From positions 209,998-273,997 of IMG/VR virus record IMGVR_UViG_3300034104_003795: a stretch of 64,000 bases of DNA; one strand, written 5' to 3'. Below are positions 1-9,000 of this stretch, piece by piece (positions within the stretch are counted from its first letter, which is position 1; every line of letters begins with the position of its first letter). A program made the translations under genes and the position numbers. The notes beneath the pieces are model-generated. The model was not told where the DNA came from, ran no database searches, and worked only from the letters and a program-made list of their open reading frames with translations.

Positions 1-3000
1 TTTTGTCCATTATTATCACCATAACTATCCACTATTGCTACTGATGGGAATTTATAATAGTAAGAACCCGCTTCAATACTTCTTTCATTACCACCATACA
101 CTAAGTCAGTTCTAATTGCATCTATAATAAACCCTAAATCTCTAGAACAACTTACTTCGTTATATTTCAAATTACTCCAAGAAGAACTTAAGAATGTTAT
201 AGTTTCCTTTTGTATCAATTCTTTATTATCTGTCAACAATTTAGCGGTTGTTAGTAAAGATGCCGAAGGTACTAAATATGTTGGATTGGTTATTACCTTT
301 TTAGATACCTTTCCAGCGTATCTGATACCAGTAAGCGTTGGGTCTAATTGGTTTTTAGTTGATGGAACACCTGCGTTAATAGCGTTAGAAGGATATAAGT
401 AATAATACTGTCCTGCTATCAAACTTCTTTCTTGTCCACCATAAAGTACATCAGTTGCCGCTGCATCTATTAGGTATCCAACATCTCTCTTACAAGTAGT
501 TTCATTGTAATATACACTACTCCAAGATGAAGATACATATTTAATTGTTTCTTCTGCTACAAATGCTTTATTCTTTCTTAATAGGTCAAATGATGCAGAT
601 GCCTCTAATGATGCAGTTACAAATACTATGTTTTGCGCAACTTTTTGTGCCAATCTACTTGCGTAGTTTATACCATCAACTGTTTGTCCTAATTGACCAA
701 GTCCATCACCATCTCCTTCAACAATTGCTAAAGATGGATATAGATAATAGAACTCTCCATTCAATACAGTTCTCTCATTACCACCATATAATAAATCGGT
801 AGTAACACCATCTAATATATAGCCAACATCTCTCTTACATTTATCTTTATCATACTCAAATGTACTCCAGCTAGCAGTTAAGTAAGCTAGGGTTTCATTT
901 TGTATAAACTCTCTGTTATTTCTTAACAAATTAACCGATGCTGATATTATTTGTGATGCAGTTACATAAGTTAATGATGTAGCTACATTTTTAGAAGTTT
1001 GTCCTGCGTAATTAACACCAGTTAATGTTGGTTGTAATTGTGAACCTTGTGCTTGAGATGGATATAAGTAATAGAACACCCCAGCATTTGTACTTCTTTC
1101 ATTACCACCATATAATAAATCGGTAGAAACTGCATCTATGATATGTCCAACATCTCTCTTACAAGTTACCTCATCATAAGATGCTGTGCTCCAAGAAGAA
1201 GATATGTACGCGATAGTTTCGTTTTGAATAAACTCTCTATTGTTTCGTATCAATTCGTATGATGCTGATACATTTGCCGATGCGGTTACATAAGTTACAT
1301 TTTGTACTATATTTTGTGCCAAACGGCTAGCATAGTTAATACCATCCAATGTTTGGTTTAGTTGTGCACCTTGTGCTTGAGATGGATATAAGTAATAGAA
1401 CACTCCATTGAATATTGATGCGGAATTTGCATTAAATAATAAGTCTTCGGCAGAACCACTCAATATAAACCCTAAATCACGTCTACATTTACTCTCGTCA
1501 TAAGATGCGGTTGACCAAGATGAACTCAAATATGCAATACTTTCCGATACTATGAATCCAATATTTGCTTTTAATAAATTATATGCGTATATTACATTAG
1601 TATCAACGGATGCAGTTGTATATGGAATTAAAGTTGGTAATGAACCAGTACCATTTCTTACTATATCTGTTACAATAGAAATAGATGCCGATATTGCATT
1701 AGCTTCGGTAATAGTTCCAAATAACGATGATGTTATAAATTGTTGAGCGTTGGTTACTTTAATATTTGCTAACGTATTAGGTATAACAGAAGGTGTCCCT
1801 ATCAATATACTACTAATAGATGCCGTTGTTATTCTAGCTGCGTACTTAATTGCCTCTACCGTTTCTACAACTTGCGAACCAGACCCATTAGCTTGAGATG
1901 GGAATTCATAATAGTAATCTGCATTCTTTCTACTTCTTTCATTTCCACCATAAAGTAAATCAGTTGCCACACCATCGATAATATATCCTAAATCTCTATA
2001 ACATTTACTTTCACTATAATCTAAATTAGGGTATTTAACATTTACAAATGCGATACTTTCACTTTGTATGAATCGTTTGTTAGCCTTTATTAAATCATAA
2101 GTATATTGAACTTCTAATGATGATGTAAATATCTCTTTATTAACAACTACATTCATAGCTGTTCCTTTTGCGTATCTTACACCAGTTAATGTTGGTTCTA
2201 ATTGTGAATCGGTAGCTTGTGATGGGAAATCATAATAATATCTTCCAGCTACAACACTTCTTTCGTTTCCGCCATATAAAAGGTCAGTTGCTACTGCATC
2301 TATAATGTATCCAATATCTCTTTTACAAGTTATTTCATTATAATCAAAATCACCCCAAGAAGAAGATAGATACGCAATTGATTCACTTTGTATAAATCCT
2401 TTGTTAGCTCTTAATGAATTCCAAGATGCTGATGTTGGTTGGTTAATTGATGCCGATATGTGTGTAAACGGAATGTTCAACACCACCTTCTCTGCCAATC
2501 CACTTGCGTATTTAATTGCAGTGATTGTTTGGTCTAATTGTGAACCAGTTGCTTGTGATGGGAAATCAAAATAGAACTTACCATTAAACAATGATGCCGA
2601 ATTACCACCATATAAAAGGTCAAATGCAGAACCACTAAGGATTCCAGTCAAATCTCTTTCACATTTACTTTGTGTATATTCAAACCCACTCCAAGATGAA
2701 CTCATATACGCAATAGTTTCATCAACTATAAATTTAGAGTTACTTACTAATAAGTTATATGCTGAATTTATCTTTGCATTTGTATTTGCTATCGGGAATG
2801 TTGATGGTCTATATGCAATTGAGCTCGTACCATTATTTAATAACACATCGATTACTAATGATAATGATGCTGATATCAATTTACCTTGCAATCTTCCTGC
2901 CGCACTTCCACTTATTAATTGTGGAGTATCAGTTACTTTAATACTTGCAGATGTATTTGATACAATTGTTGGCAGAACTGATGTTCCATTTTCAATTACA

Positions 3001-6000
3001 TTTAGTATCAAATCAAATCCACTTGCAATCTTATTAGTATCAAACGATGATGCGGATATGTCTTGTCTTATAGGATTTGCATTTGTTACTTTTAATGATG
3101 AAGATGTACTTGCTACTAATGTAGGTAATACACTTACTCCATTTTTAAGAACGTCTACAACAGTACCATAAGAAGAACTTACATTTGTAATTTGAATTGC
3201 CAAATCATATGAACCAGTTCCAATTATTTGTTCTTGTGAACTTATATGTAATAAAGTTGGTGTAGATAATTCAAATCCATAATTATAGTTTCTTGCCAAT
3301 GAATCCGGTACAAATGCAACACCATTTTCAATAATATCAGCCACATGCTTAAATGATGATGTGATAATATCCAATTCAGCTCCACTTGCCGATATTGATG
3401 ATGAGTATTGAGTAGTATTAGTTATTTTGATTAAACCATTGCCATTTTCAACGATAGTTGGTATTGTAGATAATCCATTTTCAATAATATTAGTAACTAA
3501 CGCAAATGATGAACTAATTTGATTTACTTCGTTTATACTTGCACTCAACGGTGTTGTATATTGTGTTGTATCAGTTACTTTAATATTTCCATCGGTATTT
3601 GTTGTTAATGCCGGTGAATTTAATTTAATATTTTGTGCTATTGCTTTAGCTAATACTTTAGCGTATTCAACACCTTCCACAGTTTCTCTAACTTGCGTAC
3701 TCTTTGTTGCTAAAGATGGATATAAATAATAATATTGTCCAGCTATAACACTTCTTTGATTTCCACCGTAGAAAGTATCAGTTATAACTGCATCTAAAAT
3801 ATATCCTACATCACGTCTACATTTTTCTCTTAAATAAACTAAATTAGGGAAGAATGCATCTATGTATTGTACAGTTTCGTTTTGTATAAATCTTTTGTTC
3901 TGTCTTAATAAATTAACCGATGATGTTACAAATCCAGTTGGTGCTATCAATACTTTATTTGATATTACATTTTGTGCAGTACCAGCTACATATTGTATTC
4001 CATCAAGTGTAGGTCCTTTTTGAGTTTCGGTAGTTGGTGAAATAGAACCAGTCAGAATTGCTGCAGATGGGTATAGATAATAGTACTCACCTGCTTTAGA
4101 ACTTCTTTCGTTTCCACCATATAAAAGGTCAGTTCTTACTGCATCTATAATATATCCAATATCTCTCTTACAAGTAGTTTCGTTATAAGAGAATCCATCA
4201 TCACCACTCCAAGACGAAGATAAGTAAGCGATTGATTCACTTTGTATAAACTTCTTATTATCCGTTAATAAATTAAATCCAGTTAATTCAGATGTTGTTG
4301 GAGATTGTAATAATATATTTGCTACAATCTTTTCAGTAATTCCTTTAGCGTATTTAATACCATCTAAAGTTTGATTCAATTGTCCACCGGTATCACCATC
4401 GTTACCTACGGTTGCCAATGAAGGATATAAGTAATAATACTCTCCTGCCTCAGCCACTCTTTCGTTTCCACCGTAAAGAATATCAGTTGCTACTGCGTCT
4501 AATATATAACCAATATCTCTCTTACAAGTAGTTTGGTTATAAGGGAATGTACTCCAAGAAGAAGATAGATATGCAATAGTTTCATCTTGTATAAATGATT
4601 TATTATTGAATATCAATTCGTATGCTGAAAGATTTGAATTAGATGCTGATGCAAATGTTGAATTCTTTAATATCTTATCAGTTAAACCTTTCGCATGTTT
4701 GATTCCACTTAATGTTGCCCCTAATTGAGATGTTGTTGCTTGTGATGGATATTCATAATAGAATACACCGGCATTTATACTTCTCTGATTACCGCCATAA
4801 ACTATATCGGTTGTTACCGCGTCTAAAATATGGCCCACATCTCTCTTACAAGTTAATTCATTGTAAGATGTTGTACTCCAACTAGCAGATACATAACTTA
4901 TAACTTCGTTTTGTATAAATTCTCTATTATTATAAATTAATTCTTTTGCTTGTAATTTATTTTGAGATACTTTAGTAAATGTATTTCCTCTTAAAATTTT
5001 GAATGCAATATCTCTAGCATATTCAATACCAGTAACAGTCTCTTGTATTTGTGAACCAGTTGCTTCAGATGGGTATTTATAATAGAATACTCCAGCATTT
5101 ATTGTTCTTTCATTTCCACCATATAATAAGTCAGTAGAAACTGCATCTATAATATGTACTATATCTCTTTTACAAGTTGATTCAACGTATTGATGTGTAC
5201 TCCAAGATGAACTTATGTAAGGTATTACTTCATTCTTAATAAGTTCTTTATTATTAACTAATAAACTATACGCATCTTTAATTTGCGCCGATTGAGTTAC
5301 AAATAAAGTATTTAATACTATTTTTTGTGCTAAACGGCTTGCGTAGTTGATACCATCCAATGTTTGGTTTAATTGTGCACCCTGCGCTTGAGATGGGAAT
5401 TGATAATAATAAACACCATTGAATACCGATGCTGAATTTGCATTAAATAATAAGTCTTCAGCTGAACCACTCAATATAAATCCTAAGTCACGTTTACATT
5501 TACTTTCATCGTAAGATGCAGTTGACCAAGAAGAACTTAAATATGCAATACTTTCCGATACTATGAAATCTAAATTATTTTTTAGAATAGTATAAGCCGC
5601 TATTACATTTGAAGATGATATTGATGATGTATATAAAGTTACAATCGGTAATGAACCCGTTCCATTTGCTATTATATTTGTTACAATAGAAATTGATGCA
5701 GATATTGCATTAGCTTGCGTTTGTGTTGCCGGTGTTCCTCCTAAATATTGAGTAGCATCGGTTACTTTAATATTATTTACATTTGAAGTAATAGTAGGTA
5801 ATGAACCAGTACCATTTTCTAATATGTTTATAATTGTATCAAAACTTGCAGATATATTTCTTGCCAACGAAGATGATATAATTACCGAAGATGTATATTG
5901 ATTTGTATCTGTTATTTTTACTAACCCGTCAACATTTTTTATCAACGTAGGTAAAGAACCAGTTCCATTTTCAACAATATCCAAAACAATATTAAAATTA

Positions 6001-9000
6001 TTATTTGAAGATGTAAGATATGTGGATGATATTGATGCGGTTGTTATGTAACTATTTGTAGTAGTTCGTTTAATTAAAGAATTTACATTTGTTACAATAG
6101 TTGGAATTGAACCTGTGCCATTTTCTACAATATCAAGTACGATATCAAATCCAGTAGTTACTTTTGCCTTTTCAGAATTAGAAGGAGTTATTGATGATGT
6201 TATTTGTGTACCACCAATAAAGTTTATACCTCTATTTGTATTTTTAACAATAGTTGTTGGTATTGAACCAGTTCCGTTTGATACGATATTAAGTATATTA
6301 CCAAATGAAGCTGATACAATAGATTTATCGTTTGTTACTACTGATATAGATGATGTAATTTGTTGAGCGTTAGTTGCTTTAATTCCAGCAATAGTATTTA
6401 ACACCACATTAGGTGCTGTATTACTTCCACTTTCAATTACTTTAGATACAATATCAAAACCATCTTCTATTTCTTTTCCACCAATTGCTACTAATTTTGC
6501 TAAACCTTTTGTGAAGTTTAGTGAATCAATTGTTTCTTCGGATTGAACACCGGTAGCTTGAGATGGATATAAATAATAGAATCGTCCAGCAGTTATACTT
6601 CTTTCATTACCACCATAAACCAAATCAGTAATTACAGCATCTACAATAAATCCAGCATCTCTATAACATTTACTTTCAATATAATCTAAATTAGGATATG
6701 TTTCGTTTGCGTAATCAACGGTATTTTGTTGTAAAAATGCTCTATTAGTTTTTAATAAACTTGCCGCATTTAATACTGATGTAGGTGGTGCCGATAAAAC
6801 AACATTCGTAATTATATTTTGTACTAATTGATTTGCGTAATTTACTCCAGTTATAGTTGTGTCTAATTGTTGTGTTGCCGAAGGTACTCCACCTACAATT
6901 GCTGCTGATGGGTATCTATAATAGTATTCTCCTGCAAATCTAGTTCTTTCGTTACCACCATATACCAAGTCAGTTCTTACAGCATCTAAAATATATTTAG
7001 TATCTCTTAAACATTTAGCCTGATTATATTCTGCGGTACTCCAAGATGAAGATACATAAGCTACAACTTCGTTTGCAATTAAGTTTTTATTTCTTAATAT
7101 TAAATTACTTGCATTTACTTTATTTCCATCCGCTGAAACAAATACCGAACCAGTAACAATCTTTTGTATCATTCTACCTGCATAGTTGATACCATCTAAC
7201 GTTGGAAGTAATTGAGAACCCGTTGCTTCGGATGGATATAAATAATAGAATATACCAGCATTTCTACTTCTTTCGTTACCACCATAAACCAAGTCAGTTC
7301 TGATTGCATCTATTATGTACCCAACATCTCTTTTACAAGTTAATTCATTATACGGATGTTCACTCCAAGATGAACTCAAATACGCAATTGTTTCATCCTG
7401 TATGAATGTTTTATTGTTTACTAACAATGATGCCGCATTTAAAGAGTTAGCACTTACCGTAGTGAATTCTATATTTTGAATTACTTTTTGTGCTAAACGG
7501 CTTGCGTAGTTGATACCATCCAATGTTTGTTGTAGTTGAGCTCCTTGTGCTTGCGATGGATATTCCCAATAAAATAATCCGTTAAATATAGATGCTGAAT
7601 TTGCGTTCCATATTAAATCTTCCGCAGAACCACTCAATATAAATCCTAAATCACGTTTACATTTAGTTTCATCATATTCAAACCCAGCCCAAGAAGAACT
7701 TAAATATGCAATAGTTTCATTTTGAATAAATGGAATATTGTTTTTAAGTATCTCATATACAGCTACACTATTAGATGATGTTATTCTATTTGTATATGGT
7801 TGGAATGTAGGTGCTGAAAACTCTCCACCTTCAATTATCTTTGTTACTATTGATATTGATGCTGATATAAAGTTTACATCGTTTACACTTGCCGAATAAG
7901 ATGCTGAAATGTATTGTGGTGTATTTGTTACTTTAATACTTGCACTTACATTTGATATAAGAGTAGGTACAAAAGATAACCCACCTTCTAATATATCGGT
8001 GATTACTTTTATTGAAGAACTTAATTGTGTACTTTCAGTAGATGTTCCATAATAACCAGAACCAGTTATGTATTGTGGTGTATTGGTTACTTTTATATTT
8101 GAGTTTAGATTTGAAACTAATGTACCTAATGAACCAGTACCATTTGTTATTATAGTTGCTACATATGCAATTGATTCGGATATTGAATTTCCAACAGAAC
8201 CACTAACTGCCAATGAAGCAGTTATTTGTGGTGTACCAGTTACGGCAATTGCATTTGCTTGAGACGATGTGAATAAAGGCTCTGCTGCTAATCCACCACC
8301 AATAATCGTATTTACAATATCAAAACTCTTACCAATTTTATCCACTTCATCTGGTGTTGTATAAGATGAAGTTATTTGAGAACCGGTAGTTACATTTATT
8401 GGATTGTATTTATTCCAATTTAATCCAGTATTCTGTGCCAATAATGATTTAATTGAACCCAATCCTCTTGCCACAATTCCTTCTATAATTGAAAATGAAT
8501 TACCAACCGAAGTTTGTTCAATAGTACCACCACCAAAAGATGATGTTATATTTGTTAGTCCGGATAATCTAAAGTTTCTCTCATCATTATAAACAATACG
8601 AGGTGTATCTAATATTTGATTTTGAACAATAGTATCTCCAATAATTTTTGCATATCGAATACCCGCAATAGTTGATGATTTTTGTGTTCTCGTAGCCTGT
8701 GATGGGAAATCGTAATAATATCTACCCGCAATCACACCTCTTTCAAGACCACCATAAAGTAAATCAGTTGCCACATTATCAACAATATAACCAACATCTC
8801 TCCTACAAGTTGCTTGATTATATTTTAAATTTGGAAATGCAACATTAATAAATTGAATTGTTTCGTTTTGAATTAATTCTTTATTATTTATCAGATTATT
8901 ATATGCAGATAAAGTTGATGCATTAGGTGATGTAAATGTTTTTCCTTTTAATAGATTATCAACTAATCCACTAGCATATCTTATACCATCCACCGTTTGT